From: a candidate division FCPU426 bacterium
GTDB taxonomy: Bacteria; Oederibacteriota; Muellerivitia; Muellerivitales; Muellerivitaceae
NCBI GenBank assembly: GCA_963719085.1
Contig: CAVRAL010000001.1
Location: 1,377,999-1,441,998 of the forward strand
Direction of reading: 5' to 3'
DNA: 64,000 nucleotides
In this document: in pieces, positions 8,938 to 22,213 of the stretch
Position numbering within the stretch: the first letter of the stretch is position 1
Layout: each line of letters begins with the position of its first letter
The notes under the pieces: generated by a model
Seen by the model: the letters and a program-made list of their open reading frames with translations, nothing else
What the model was told of the DNA's origin: nothing
Database searches by the model: none
Translations under genes and position numbers: made by a program

Positions 8938-10827
8938 TTACTTTTTGGTGTCCAAATCCAAATTACCCAAATCCCCCGTCGGCGGAAGATCTAAGTCTTT
9001 GGGCGCCGGCACATCCAGGTCTTGGATGGGCGGCAAAGCCAAATCCGCCGCGCTGGTTACGGGAGCGGAACCCGAGGCCGTTGAAGACCCCGACGCGGTG
9101 CCCGCGGAAGAAGTTCCTGGAGGAGGTGCCACCGCGCTTAAATCAGCGGATGGGGCTTGTAGATCGTCACTCGAGGCGCCATTGGCCGAAACCCGGCCGG
9201 TCGTCACCGCGGCCGTAGGAACCGCCGGAGGCGCGGGTGGTGGGGCGGGCGAAGACGACGAAGTCCCTGAAGTCGGCGAAGGAGGTACTGGCGGAACTTC
9301 TTCCATCCCATTCGCCGGATTGGCGGCAGGGGGAGGCGGCATAGCGTCTAAATCCGTCGGGTTTGCCGGCGGCGGGGGCTCGGAAGCGTTAGCCGCGGGC
9401 GAAGTCGTCGAAGGGGACGCAGCGCCGGAATCCAGCCCCGCGGGCGGCGGCGGAATGGAATTATCATCGCTCACAGGAGGCGCGGGAGGCGGAGTCACCC
9501 CCGGGGGCGCGGCGATCGAAGGCGGCAAGGGCGGCGGCGCGGGCTGCGTCGTCGAAGACGGCTGCGTCGTCGAAGACGGCTGCGTCGTCAAAGACGGCTG
9601 CGTCGTCAAAGACGGCTGCGTCGTCAAAGACGGCTGCGTCGTCAAAGACGGCGAAGTCTCCTCGGGAGCCACGGTCTCTGCCGGGGACTCAGCAGGCGCT
9701 TCTTCAACCGCCGGCGCCGGGGAAGCGGATCCCTCCAAATTTAAATCTTGCTCAGGCGGTAAGTTAGTCAGCGGCGGCAAGCTATGCGGAGCGGGCGGTA
9801 AAGATTTCACCACAGCCACGCCCGACGGGCCAGCCGGCTCTTCCTCAACCACTTCGGGAGCCGCTTGTTCGGGAACGGCCGCCAAGGGTGGCGGCGCGGG
9901 CGAAGTCCCCCCGGGCGGCGACGTGTTTTGAGCGGCAGCGGCGGCTTTCGCCTCCAGTTCCTGCTGTTTGTTCCACTTCTTCATGGCCAAAGCGTCGGCC
10001 TTTTCCTGTTTGCGTTCTTTCTTGGCCATCGCGTCGGATTGGGCCTGGGTGATATCGGGCAATTGGGTCATGATATAAACCCGCAAAACATCTTTCAGGT
10101 CTTTCAAGGGGGAAAAATCGGCCGCTCCCTGGGTCTTCAAATGAACCGCCCCCGAATCCGTGCTTCCCCAATAGTTGCCTCCCAATTGGGCGGTTCCATG
10201 GGTGGCGTTGATCACCTGCTCATTGTTGTCGTGGACGCTGTTATTGGAAAATTTCAGGTAAAGGTAATTTTTCAGGTAAAGACCATAGGTGTTTTGAACA
10301 AAGGTATTGAATAAAAAAGTGGCCTTGAGCGCGGGACCGTCCAAAACCGCGCCGGTGGCGTTGCCGTAGACTTTGTTGCTTTTGAGAACCGCCTCGGTTT
10401 TACCTTGAAGGTAAATTCCGCTTCCTTTGGTGAACTCCGACTCTTGGATGCTGACCTCGGAATCCCGGACGAGAAAAATACCTCCCAAAAACTTGGTGTC
10501 GGAGATGTCACCCTGCGCGCCGGTCAAAACAAACTGGCTTTGAAGCCCGGCTTGGGTCATGTCGAAGACCACGGGAGCCGCCGCCGAGCCGGCGATTTCC
10601 AAAACACCCTGCACCGACAGCTCGCCCACGCCTTGATAAACCACCCGAACCCCGGGACCGATATGCAAAACCGATCCTGGAGGAACTTCGACCTTGCCTT
10701 GAATGATGTAGGGGCTTTGGGTGCTGTCCCAATCCACATTGCCGGAAAGGGTATCGGGAACTTGGGTGGAGGCGTACAAAGAAGAGGAGATTAAAAAAGC
10801 CAAGCCTAGGAATATCGGTCGTTTCAT
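8938..10827 (-). CDS. Secreted right-handed beta-helix protein with long Pro-rich disordered C-terminus
   Basis: Signal peptide; SPYII.G.V.V..G..L.I.PGV.V and NYWG motifs typical of parallel beta-helix proteins; Pro/Ala/Ser/Thr-rich second half. Confidence 0.65.
   Translation of the reverse strand: MKRPIFLGLAFLISSSLYASTQVPDTLSGNVDWDSTQSPYIIQGKVEVPPGSVLHIGPGVRVVYQGVGELSVQGVLEIAGSAAAPVVFDMTQAGLQSQFVLTGAQGDISDTKFLGGIFLVRDSEVSIQESEFTKGSGIYLQGKTEAVLKSNKVYGNATGAVLDGPALKATFLFNTFVQNTYGLYLKNYLYLKFSNNSVHDNNEQVINATHGTAQLGGNYWGSTDSGAVHLKTQGAADFSPLKDLKDVLRVYIMTQLPDITQAQSDAMAKKERKQEKADALAMKKWNKQQELEAKAAAAAQNTSPPGGTSPAPPPLAAVPEQAAPEVVEEEPAGPSGVAVVKSLPPAPHSLPPLTNLPPEQDLNLEGSASPAPAVEEAPAESPAETVAPEETSPSLTTQPSLTTQPSLTTQPSLTTQPSSTTQPSSTTQPAPPPLPPSIAAPPGVTPPPAPPVSDDNSIPPPPAGLDSGAASPSTTSPAANASEPPPPANPTDLDAMPPPPAANPANGMEEVPPVPPSPTSGTSSSSPAPPPAPPAVPTAAVTTGRVSANGASSDDLQAPSADLSAVAPPPGTSSAGTASGSSTASGSAPVTSAADLALPPIQDLDVPAPKDLDLPPTGDLGNLDLDTKK
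9542..9649. repeat. Coding tandem repeat, 6 x 18 bp (TTQPS[L/S])
   Basis: Unit GGCTGCGTCGTC[G/A]AAGAC repeated six times with one variable position. Confidence 0.95.
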
Positions 10828-10987
10828 AGAAGCGCTTCAACCTCTAAGGATGGTATCAGGCGAAAAAGCGGCAAGAACTGCGAGCTTAGGCTCAAAACGG
10901 TTTGAGGCTCACCAAAGCCGGGATACTATAACATAAAACCCCGGTTCTGGAATTGAAACCTTGAGTTCCCCTGCCCTCAGCCCAAAT

Positions 10988-11020
10988 AAAAAAGGGGCAT
11001 GGCCAAAGCCACACCCCCCT
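10988..11020 (-). terminator. Rho-independent terminator after ppdK
   Basis: Minus strand GGGGTGTGGC-TTTG-GCCATGCCCC followed by T6. Confidence 0.8.
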
Positions 11021-11041
11021 GGTACATCGTGAAAATCCGCC

Positions 11042-13815
<2,774 letters not shown>

Positions 13816-13895
13816 TTGAATCCTCCGTGAAAATTAGCCCCGGAACCGGGGACATTAAATGGCCTGATCAAAGAAACAGCGTCAAAACGGCCCTC

Positions 13896-13923
13896 ATTGT
13901 AGCAAACGGATTTTTCTTTTCAA
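13896..13923 (-). promoter_or_regulatory. Candidate sigma70 promoter of ppdK
   Basis: TTGAAA-N16-TACAAT with extended -10 TG. Confidence 0.5.
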
Positions 13924-13999
13924 TGAAAGGCCGTAACATTCGGCGTGGCGAAGCCCGCTCGCGGGCGTTAAAAACCCTTAGAGAACAAAGGTTTTCGGC

Positions 14000-16102
14000 T
14001 TAAGACGCGGAGGGCGACTCGGAGGCGTAGACCAGTTTGCGGAAATCGCACAAAACTAAAAGAACCTCGGCGGTTTGTTTGAGCAGGGCCAGGCGGTTGT
14101 TGCGGATCTTGGCGTTTTTGTCCATCACCATTACCTTCTCAAAAAAAGCGTGGATCGGGGCCACCAAGGACTGTAGATGGACGGCCACATCGGCGTAATA
14201 AGAATCCCCTTTTCGGTCGGACTCTTCCACCAGCCGCTGGGCGAACAAGGCTTTCTCAAGCAGGTCTTTTTCCTCGTCCAACTTCAAAAGGGGCTTGGAG
14301 ACTTTCGCCGTGATTTTCTTTTCCGGCAGGATGCGCAAAACCCGTCCCGCGGCCGTGGACAGGTTCTGAAAGTCGGGTTGAAGCTTCAGCTTTTGAACGG
14401 CTTCCGCCTTCGCCACCAGGTCCACCAAAGAATCCGTCTGCGTGGCGACCACGGAGTTGATCACGTCATAAGCCAGCCCCTTGGATTCCAAGACCGCCTG
14501 CAGCCGGCCTTTCAAAAAGTCCACCACTTCTCCCACGGCCCCGAGCTTTGACTTCCCGGCGTATTGCTTTTGCGCGGCCTGCACCAGGTTTTCCAACGAA
14601 ACCGGATATTTGTGTTCCAGGATGATTTGAATGACCCCCAAGGCCTGTCGGCGAAGCGCGAAAGGATCTTGGGATCCGGTGGGAATGAGCCCCGCCTTAA
14701 AGCAGCCCACGATCGTGTCCATTTTGTCCGCCAAGCTTAAAAGCGAGGACTCGGGGGTCGGCGGCAGGCTGTCGCCGGAAAAGCGGGGATAATAATGGTA
14801 CTCAATCGCTTTCCCCGCTTCTTCTTTTCCCTGTTGGGCGGCGTAGTAGGCGCCCATGATGCCTTGAAGGCTGTTGAATTCTTTTTCCCGGATAATGTTG
14901 GTGGCCAAATCCGCCTTGCAAAGCAAGGCCCCGGCCTCCGCTCCCTTAATCGTCTCTTTCGAGGCCCCGCAAAGTTCCCCGAACTTTTTGACCAATTTGG
15001 AAAGCCGCAGGGATTTGTCGGCCATGGTCCCCATGCCTTCCAACCAGGTGATTCCCGACAATTTCTCGGCCCAAGCTTCGAGAGGGATCTTTAAATCCTC
15101 GGCCACGAAAAATTTAGCGTCTTCCAGGCGGGCCTTGAGAACCCCTTCGTTGGCCCGGATGACGACTTTCTTTTCCCGGGGCGTGCCGTTGATGACCCCG
15201 ATAAAACAAGGCGAAAGTTTTCCATCGGCGGCGCGGGCGGAGAAGTATTTTTGATGTTCCCGCATGGCCGTCACAATTACCCGATCAGGCAGTTCTAAGT
15301 ACTTGGGGTCGAACGATCCCAGGATCGCTTCCGGCGCCTCAATCAGGTTATTCACGTCGTCCAATAGGTCGGAATCCTCCGAAACCAGCACGCCTTGGGC
15401 GGAAGCCGCTTCCTTCACTTTTTCCCATATCAATTGGCGCCTCTCCTTGGGATCGGCGATCACGCCGCCTTGGCGGAGCACTCCCAAGTAATCGCCCGCC
15501 TCAATCACATCCAAAGGCCCCAGCTTGGCCGCCCTTAAGCCGTAGGTTTCCCGGCTGCTGAAAAGACCCGCGACCTCAAAAGGAACCACGGTCCTGGAAA
15601 AAACGGCGCAGACCCAGCGGATGGGCCGGGCAAAAAGAAAATCCCCGTTTCCCCAGCGCTGAACCTTGGGGAAACGGATTTTTTTGATCACTTCGGGGAA
15701 AATTTCAGAAAGGATCTCGGAAGTCAGCCGCCCTCCCGCCTTCTTGATGGCCACCACCACTTCCCCCTTGGGCGTTTGGGCGCGTTTGAGCGACGCCGCG
15801 GAGACGCCTTGGGCCTTGGCGAAACCTTCCCCGGCCCGGGTCGGGAGCCCATGCTCGTCAAAGGCGATGGAGACCAAAGGCCCGGTCACTTCTTTGGATA
15901 CTTCTTGCTGCATCTCGGGCAGCCCCTTGAAGAAAAGGGTCAACCGCCGGGGGCTGTAATAGGTCTGGATTTGTTGGCAATGGATCCGGTGTTCTTTTAA
16001 AGCGGCTTGGGCCGCCGCCACCATCTGGTCGATGGCCGGGCGTATATAGGAGGACGGAAGTTCCTCGCAACCGATTTCCAAGACCGCGTCTTTCAAAAGC
16101 AT
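14000..16102 (-). CDS. glyS: Glycine--tRNA ligase beta subunit
   Basis: LEIGCEELP, SPRRL, FARPIRW, HQKYF, ARLEDAKFF, PTGSQDPFALRR, NNRLALL. Confidence 0.97.
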   Translation of the reverse strand: MLLKDAVLEIGCEELPSSYIRPAIDQMVAAAQAALKEHRIHCQQIQTYYSPRRLTLFFKGLPEMQQEVSKEVTGPLVSIAFDEHGLPTRAGEGFAKAQGVSAASLKRAQTPKGEVVVAIKKAGGRLTSEILSEIFPEVIKKIRFPKVQRWGNGDFLFARPIRWVCAVFSRTVVPFEVAGLFSSRETYGLRAAKLGPLDVIEAGDYLGVLRQGGVIADPKERRQLIWEKVKEAASAQGVLVSEDSDLLDDVNNLIEAPEAILGSFDPKYLELPDRVIVTAMREHQKYFSARAADGKLSPCFIGVINGTPREKKVVIRANEGVLKARLEDAKFFVAEDLKIPLEAWAEKLSGITWLEGMGTMADKSLRLSKLVKKFGELCGASKETIKGAEAGALLCKADLATNIIREKEFNSLQGIMGAYYAAQQGKEEAGKAIEYHYYPRFSGDSLPPTPESSLLSLADKMDTIVGCFKAGLIPTGSQDPFALRRQALGVIQIILEHKYPVSLENLVQAAQKQYAGKSKLGAVGEVVDFLKGRLQAVLESKGLAYDVINSVVATQTDSLVDLVAKAEAVQKLKLQPDFQNLSTAAGRVLRILPEKKITAKVSKPLLKLDEEKDLLEKALFAQRLVEESDRKGDSYYADVAVHLQSLVAPIHAFFEKVMVMDKNAKIRNNRLALLKQTAEVLLVLCDFRKLVYASESPSAS

Positions 16103-16108
16103 GGCGCC

Positions 16109-16990
16109 TTATCCTTTTTTCAGCAGAGGAAAACCAAGTTCCTCGCGTTCCTTGACGTAAGCCACGGCGACCGCTTTGGCCATGCCCCGGACCCGGGCGA
16201 TGAAGTTCGTACGCTCGGCCACCGAAATGGCGCCCCGGGCGTCAAGCAGGTTGAAGGTGTGGGACGCCTTAATGACGTAATCGTAGGCGGGCTCCACCAA
16301 GCGAAGCTCCAAAAGCCGCCGGACTTCGCCTTCGTAATCCTTAAAGTGGCGGAGCAGCATCTTGATATTGGCGTGCTCAAAGTTAAAAGCCGAAAAGGCC
16401 TTTTCCGACGGATGGAAAATGTCGCGGTAGGTGATGTTTTTGCCGCCATAGTGAAGGTCCCAAACGCTGTCCACCCCTTGCACCACGGTGGCGATGCGCT
16501 CAAGCCCGAAGGTGATCTCGCCGGAGACGGGTTTGAGCTCAAGTCCGCCGGTGGTTTGAAAAAAAGTAAACTGGGTGATTTCAATGCCGTCCATCCAGAC
16601 CTGCCAGCCCAACCCCGAGGCGCCCAAGGTGGGTGATTCCCAATCGTCTTCCACGAACCGGATGTCATGCTCATCTTGGCGGATGCCGATCTGTTCCAAA
16701 CTTTCCAAATAAAGCTCGACCATATTTTCAGGAGAAGGTTTCAGGATGATTTGATATTGGTAATAGTGCTGCATCCGATTGGGATTCTCACCGTACCGGC
16801 CGTCCTTGGGACGGCGGCAAGGATCCACATAAGCCACTTGGTAAGGCTCAGGCCCTAAAACCCTAAAAAAGGTCGCCGGATTAAAGGTGCCCGCTCCCTT
16901 CTCCAAGTCATAAGGCTGTTGGATGACGCAACCCTGCCGGCTCCAAAAGTCGTTCAGGGTCATAATGAGTTCTTGAAACGAAAGCGGCAT
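16109..16990 (-). CDS. glyQ: Glycine--tRNA ligase alpha subunit
   Basis: [50 protein letters not shown]. Confidence 0.98.
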   Translation of the reverse strand: MPLSFQELIMTLNDFWSRQGCVIQQPYDLEKGAGTFNPATFFRVLGPEPYQVAYVDPCRRPKDGRYGENPNRMQHYYQYQIILKPSPENMVELYLESLEQIGIRQDEHDIRFVEDDWESPTLGASGLGWQVWMDGIEITQFTFFQTTGGLELKPVSGEITFGLERIATVVQGVDSVWDLHYGGKNITYRDIFHPSEKAFSAFNFEHANIKMLLRHFKDYEGEVRRLLELRLVEPAYDYVIKASHTFNLLDARGAISVAERTNFIARVRGMAKAVAVAYVKEREELGFPLLKKG

Positions 16991-17147
16991 AAAGCCTCGG
17001 TGCTTAAAGGTAAAAAAACAGGAACAGCTTGAAAAATAAGGGATTTAGACTGGATGCGCAAGCTAAAAACCCTGTTCGAAGGGTTTCGGGCGGCAAAAGA
17101 GAACGATTTTTAAGTTTTAGAAGCTAGGCGAGAGGCGATTTACCCGT

Positions 17148-17591
17148 TTAACGCAAGGAGAGGGATAAAAAAGCGAATTCCAGGAACAAAAGCCCCAAGA
17201 TCAAAATGGATCCCAAGACGAGCCAGCCCCACCCATCGGTCGGAACCGCGGCGATCCGGGGATGATCAACGGGCCAAACCCTCACTCCATCCCCTTTTTG
17301 GGGCGCCCAATGGCCGGGCCATTGGGGGTAAAGAACGTAAATTTTTTCTATTTTTTTCTTATCCGCCGTAACAGTCAACTGATAAAGGCCGCCTCGGGAA
17401 AAAGTCATCGCGCGGCTTGAGCAAACCGCTTTCGCCTCGACCACTTGGGCGTCGATCCCGTTCAAATCGGCTAAACCGGATAGCGTGGAATAAGAAAGGG
17501 CCAAAACCGAGAGACCGAAAAAAATCAAAGCCAGAACCAAGCCTAACAATTTAAGCCTGGTCCAACGAATCCAGGAAGGTTCAAAGGTCAT
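17148..17591 (-). CDS. Hypothetical membrane protein (two TM segments flanking a small beta domain)
   Basis: 147-aa ORF with hydrophobic N- and C-terminal segments; no recognised family. Confidence 0.55.
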   Translation of the reverse strand: MTFEPSWIRWTRLKLLGLVLALIFFGLSVLALSYSTLSGLADLNGIDAQVVEAKAVCSSRAMTFSRGGLYQLTVTADKKKIEKIYVLYPQWPGHWAPQKGDGVRVWPVDHPRIAAVPTDGWGWLVLGSILILGLLFLEFAFLSLSLR

Positions 17592-17831
17592 AAGGAGTCC
17601 GGGAAATAAGATTTATTAAATTCAAACGGAACCGAGCATTTAGCAAAGCAAGACCTGTTGAAACATGGACAGAGGCTGATAAGGCCCGATTTTTGCATTT
17701 CAAACATCAATCTTCATCGGAATTTATCATTGTTTCAAAAGACGGGCCTCGCCTGCTTTGTCAAAGGTATTGTTCCGAATTCAAATAACGGCAAGACATT
17801 CTAACTGCTCAAACCCGCCAACAGAAACTAT

Positions 17832-18401
17832 TTACATCATACCCAGTTGAAGACGGGCGGCTTCGGTCATCAGGCTTTGGTTCCAAGGCGGGTCAAAAGT
17901 CACGTCCACAAAAGCCTCGGACACACCCGGTATTTGGCCCAATTTTTCCTCAATCTCATTTTTCAGGACCGTGGACATCCCGCAGCCCGGGGCCGTTAAG
18001 GTCATCACCACTTCCACCCGGCGCCCGCCCCGCTCCGCGGGCCTGATTTGACAGCCGTAAATAAGACCCAATTCCACGATATTCACGGGAATCTCGGGGT
18101 CATAACAGGTCTTGAGAGTGCTCCAAACGCTTTTTTCAAGTTCCACGTCATCGATGGGCTGATTCGCGTCATAGTTGATTTTAAAAACGCCGCCGGCTTC
18201 CGGAACCGGTTTTCCCAGAGCGTCGGCGTTTTTGCCTTCCACCCGCACCAATTGCCCGTTGTCCCTTTGCACGGTGAAACTGCCGCCCAAAGTTTGGGTC
18301 AAATAGACTTTTTCGTCTTTATAGAGCTGCGTCTTGGTCCCGGCCGGAATGGCGGTTCCCTCGGTGTCCCTAAATAGCGTGATCAGTTCTTCAGCCACCA
18401 T
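17832..18401 (-). CDS. sufT: Fe-S cluster assembly protein SufT (long form, DUF59)
   Basis: TQTLGGSFTV, CYDPEIPVNIVELGLIY, MTLTAPGCGM, FDPPW. Confidence 0.93.
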   Translation of the reverse strand: MVAEELITLFRDTEGTAIPAGTKTQLYKDEKVYLTQTLGGSFTVQRDNGQLVRVEGKNADALGKPVPEAGGVFKINYDANQPIDDVELEKSVWSTLKTCYDPEIPVNIVELGLIYGCQIRPAERGGRRVEVVMTLTAPGCGMSTVLKNEIEEKLGQIPGVSEAFVDVTFDPPWNQSLMTEAARLQLGMM

Positions 18402-18865
18402 TAAGCTTCCTCCTCGTCGCTGGAAACGACCTTTTGGTCGTCATGAAGCGCGGCTTCCAGCGTATGCCAGGCTAAGCTGGCGCATTTGACCCGGGCCGGA
18501 TAATCCCGCACGCCGGCGAAAACTTTCAGTTTGCCCAAAACCTCGCCCGACTCGGGCGCGCTTTTACCTGTCACCAAATCATGGAACTGATGGAAGAGGA
18601 TTTCCGCCTCGTCGATTTTTTTGCCCTTGAGGGCGGCCGTCATCATGGAGGCGGAGGCTTTGGAAATGGCGCAGCCGCTTCCTTTAAACTTCAGGTCCTC
18701 AATCACGCCCGACGCGTCGGTTTTCAAATCGAGTGAGATCTTGTCGCCGCAAAGGGCGTTAAAGCCTTCGGCGTGGTGATTGGCGCCTTCCAGCTGCCCG
18801 AAATTTCTCGGGTTCTTCTGGTGGTCCAGGATCAATTCTTGATAAAGCTCGCTTAAATCGGACAT
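18401..18865 (-). CDS. sufU: SUF system NifU-family protein SufU
   Basis: LYQELILDH..NPRN, N.LCGD, GCAISKAS, RVKCASLAWH. Confidence 0.95.
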   Translation of the reverse strand: MSDLSELYQELILDHQKNPRNFGQLEGANHHAEGFNALCGDKISLDLKTDASGVIEDLKFKGSGCAISKASASMMTAALKGKKIDEAEILFHQFHDLVTGKSAPESGEVLGKLKVFAGVRDYPARVKCASLAWHTLEAALHDDQKVVSSDEEEA

Positions 18866-20118
18866 TAGCGGAATACCTCCAAAACATGCCGGATCGCCGA
18901 ATCGAGCGCGTCCACTTCGGCGCGGGTATTATAAAGCCCGAAAGAAGCCCGGGCGGTGGCCGGGATATCAAACCGTTCCATCACCGGCTGGGCGCAATGG
19001 TGGCCCGCCCGGATCGCGACTCCCCGCCGATCCAAAATAGTGCCGATATCATGGGGATGAATGTCCCCCAACACAAAAGACAAAACCCCGGCTTTTTTCT
19101 TCGCCGTTCCGATCAACCGCAATCCCGGAATTTGGGATAGCTTTTGGGTTCCATAAACTAAGAGTTCATGCTCATGAGCCGCGATCGCCGCAAGGCCCAC
19201 TTCACTCACGTAATCCAAGGCCGCCGTCAAGGCCACCACACCCGCGATATTAGGCGTTCCGGCCTCGAATTTGTAGGGCGGCTTCTTGTAAATCGTCTTT
19301 TCGAAGGTGACCGAGGAAATCATGTCGCCGCCGCCCTGGTAGGGCGGCATGGCCGAAAGGTGCTTGAGTTTGCCGTACAACACGCCCACGCCCGTGGGTC
19401 CGTAAATTTTATGCGCCGAAAAAACGTAAAAGTCGCAATCGAGTTTTTGGACATCCACGCTCAGGTGCGGAATAGCCTGCGCCCCGTCCACCAAAACCGG
19501 CACGCCCTTTTCATGGGCCAAGCGGATGATTTCCTCAATGGGGGTGATCGTGCCCAAGGCGTTGGAAACATGGGTGATGGCCACCAGTTTGGTCTTGGCC
19601 GACAAAAGCTTTTTAAACTCATCCATCAAAAGCTCGCCCGCGTCGCTGATGGGCACAACCCGCAAACGGGCCCCTTTTTCCTCAGCCAACATCTGCCAGG
19701 GCACGATATTGGAATGATGCTCCATGGCCGAAATAAGAATCTCGTCGCCGGAGCCGATATTTTGGCGGCCATAGGTTTGGGCCACCAAATTCACGCCTTC
19801 CGTGGCGCCCCGGGTAAAGATAATTTCCTGGACGCTGGGGGCGTTTAAAAAAACCCGGGCGCGGACCCGGGCCGCCTCATAATCTTTGGTGGCCCGCTCG
19901 CTGAGCAAATGAACGCCCCGATGGATGTTGGAATTATCCTCTTGGTAAAACTTGTCCGTGGCTTGAATGACGGACAAAGGCTTATGGGTCGTGGCGGCGT
20001 TATCCAGATAGACCAAGGGATGCCCATGGATTTGCTGTTGAAGAATGGGGAAATCTTTCCGGTAGCGTTCCACATCATAGGCTACCGCCGCGCGCGGAGT
20101 TTGCGTTTTCGGGTTCAT
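18865..20118 (-). CDS. sufS: Cysteine desulfurase SufS
   Basis: YLDNAATT, EHHSNIVPWQ, FSAHKIYGPTG, RAGHHCAQP. Confidence 0.97.
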   Translation of the reverse strand: MNPKTQTPRAAVAYDVERYRKDFPILQQQIHGHPLVYLDNAATTHKPLSVIQATDKFYQEDNSNIHRGVHLLSERATKDYEAARVRARVFLNAPSVQEIIFTRGATEGVNLVAQTYGRQNIGSGDEILISAMEHHSNIVPWQMLAEEKGARLRVVPISDAGELLMDEFKKLLSAKTKLVAITHVSNALGTITPIEEIIRLAHEKGVPVLVDGAQAIPHLSVDVQKLDCDFYVFSAHKIYGPTGVGVLYGKLKHLSAMPPYQGGGDMISSVTFEKTIYKKPPYKFEAGTPNIAGVVALTAALDYVSEVGLAAIAAHEHELLVYGTQKLSQIPGLRLIGTAKKKAGVLSFVLGDIHPHDIGTILDRRGVAIRAGHHCAQPVMERFDIPATARASFGLYNTRAEVDALDSAIRHVLEVFR

Positions 20119-20119
20119 G

Positions 20120-21427
20120 TTAAGCTCCCGCGCCTTTCCGGAGCCATTGCTGAAAAGCTTTTTCCAGCGGCTCCCGAAGGCTCTTAGGTTCCACCCGGTC
20201 CACCAACTCCCCGGCGAAAGCCGAGACCAAAAGATGGCGGGCCTCCTCTTTTCCGATACCGCGGGCCCTTAAATAAAAAAGGGCTTCCTCATCGAGTTGG
20301 CCCGTGGCCGATCCATGGGAGCATTTCACATCGTCCGCGTAAATTTGAAGTTGGGGTTTGGAATAGATCTTCGCGGTTTTCGAGAGTAAAAGGTTTTTAT
20401 TGCTTTGGCGGGCGTCGGTCTTTTGGGCGTTTTCCCGCACCAAAACCCTTCCGTCAAAAACACCGGTGGCCTCATCTTCCAGAACCCCCTTGTAGGTTTC
20501 CTGGCACGAGCCATTCGGCGAGGCATGGTCAATGAAAGTCTGGTTATCCACATGGTGGTGATGGCGGGCCATAAAAAGGCCGTCCAGAACCGCTTCCGCC
20601 CGTCGGTCCGCGAGCAGGGTCTCGGTTTCGTTGCGGACCAGTTTTCCCCCGAAGGAAAAAACCCGGGACGTGAAATGACTGCCCGATTCCTGGCGGACTT
20701 CGACCGTCCCCAAATGGACGTTTTTTTCGGACTCATTTTGAATTTTCACGTGGGAAAGTTTGGCGCCGGGGGCGAGTTTAATTTCAGTGACCGAGCTGGA
20801 CAAGGAAGCCCCGGTCGATTCTTCCAGGAAATGTTCCACCACCGAGATTTGGCTGTTGGCGCCCAGCGCCACCAAATTGCGGACGCAGGAAGCTTGGGCT
20901 AAGACGGAAACAAAAACCGCGTGAACGGCTTGAGAAATCACCTGATTTTCAGCCACGAAGACAAAGAGCCCGTCTTGAAAAGAAGCCAGGTTGAGCGCGC
21001 CGAAGGCGTCCGAGTCCAGGGGCGCGATTTTCCCCAAGACCGCCTCCACTTGCGGATCGGAGAATTTCGCCGCTAAATTCCCGATTTGAACGCCCGCTTC
21101 CAATGGTTTGAGCGAGGATTGTTCGGGTGAATAGACCCCATCGATAAAAACCAGCCAGATGTCTTTTTCAACGTCATAACCCGAGGATTTCAGCTTCGAA
21201 AGGATCTTGGACTTTACCGGGCCCGGCGCTTCCCTTTTAAGATCCGCGGTCAAATAAAGGGAAAGGTCGGTATATTTCCATCTCTCATTTTTAGGCGTGG
21301 GAAAACCCGTCTTCTGAAAATGAGCAAACGCCTTCTCCCGCAAAGCCGAAAGCCAAGTGGCGCCCCCGGAAACGGGGGCCGGTTTGAAGACCGAAAGGTA
21401 GTTTTCTTGAATCCGGGTGAAATCCAT
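20120..21427 (-). CDS. sufD: Fe-S cluster assembly protein SufD
   Basis: ERWKYT, AQKTDARQSN, KPQLQIYADDVKCSHG, LFYLRARGI. Confidence 0.95.
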   Translation of the reverse strand: MDFTRIQENYLSVFKPAPVSGGATWLSALREKAFAHFQKTGFPTPKNERWKYTDLSLYLTADLKREAPGPVKSKILSKLKSSGYDVEKDIWLVFIDGVYSPEQSSLKPLEAGVQIGNLAAKFSDPQVEAVLGKIAPLDSDAFGALNLASFQDGLFVFVAENQVISQAVHAVFVSVLAQASCVRNLVALGANSQISVVEHFLEESTGASLSSSVTEIKLAPGAKLSHVKIQNESEKNVHLGTVEVRQESGSHFTSRVFSFGGKLVRNETETLLADRRAEAVLDGLFMARHHHHVDNQTFIDHASPNGSCQETYKGVLEDEATGVFDGRVLVRENAQKTDARQSNKNLLLSKTAKIYSKPQLQIYADDVKCSHGSATGQLDEEALFYLRARGIGKEEARHLLVSAFAGELVDRVEPKSLREPLEKAFQQWLRKGAGA

Positions 21428-22191
21428 TATCGTTTCACTTCACTTTTCAGGCCGTCCACGATCCAACCGTAGCCCTTCCCTTCCAACTCACGGGCCAGTT
21501 CTTTGCCGCCCGACTTGACGATGCGGCCATTGGCCAATACATGGACATGGTCGGGAACGATATAATCCAAAAGCCGCTGGTAATGGGTCACTAAAAGAAC
21601 CGCCCGGTCCTTTCGCTTAAAGGCGTTCACGCCGTCGGCCACCACTTTCAAGGCGTCGATATCCAATCCCGAATCGGTCTCGTCCAGAATCGCCAGTTTG
21701 GGTTCCAGGACCGCCAACTGCAAAATCTCATTTTTCTTTTTCTCGCCGCCGGAAAAACCCTCGTTGACCGACCGGGTGAGCATGCTTTCGTCCATCTTCA
21801 ATTCTTTTAGTTTGGCCTTCACGATTTCCAAAAAGTCGAGGGCATCCAGTTCTTCCAAGCCCTTGGACTTGCGCACCGCGTTGACCGCGGCCTTCAGGAA
21901 ATAAGTGTTGTTGACGCCCGGGATTTCCACCGGGTATTGGAAGGCCAAAAAAACGCCCAACCGGGCCCGTTCTTCGGCCGGAAGCTCCAGCAGATTTTTA
22001 CCCTCGAACAAGGCTTCTCCGCCCGTCACCGTGTAGTCTTCCCGGCCCGCCAAAACATTGGCCAAGGTGCTTTTGCCCGACCCATTGGGCCCCATGATGG
22101 CGTGCACTTCGCCCGGATTCAGGGTTAAATTGATCCCATTAAGAATCTGTTTGTCTTCCGCTTTGGCCGTCAGGCCCTTGATCACCAGCAT
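21427..22191 (-). CDS. sufC: Fe-S cluster assembly ATPase SufC
   Basis: MGPNGSGKST, AFQYPVEIPGV, GFSGGEKK, LDETDSGLDIDAL, THYQRLL. Confidence 0.97.
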   Translation of the reverse strand: MLVIKGLTAKAEDKQILNGINLTLNPGEVHAIMGPNGSGKSTLANVLAGREDYTVTGGEALFEGKNLLELPAEERARLGVFLAFQYPVEIPGVNNTYFLKAAVNAVRKSKGLEELDALDFLEIVKAKLKELKMDESMLTRSVNEGFSGGEKKKNEILQLAVLEPKLAILDETDSGLDIDALKVVADGVNAFKRKDRAVLLVTHYQRLLDYIVPDHVHVLANGRIVKSGGKELARELEGKGYGWIVDGLKSEVKR

Positions 22192-22213
22192 TTAACTCTC
22201 CCGACAAGTTTTG

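Noticed and set aside
9542..9649. CRISPR array
   Set aside because: Head-to-tail 18-bp units without spacers, in frame within a CDS; no cas genes
8882..9931. 349-aa plus-strand ORF with GCVVKD repeats
   Set aside because: Antisense shadow of the Pro-rich gene and its 18-bp repeat
17620..17670. sigma54 promoter (GG..TTGC) upstream of the 147-aa gene
   Set aside because: GG-to-GC spacing is 9 nt rather than the required 10
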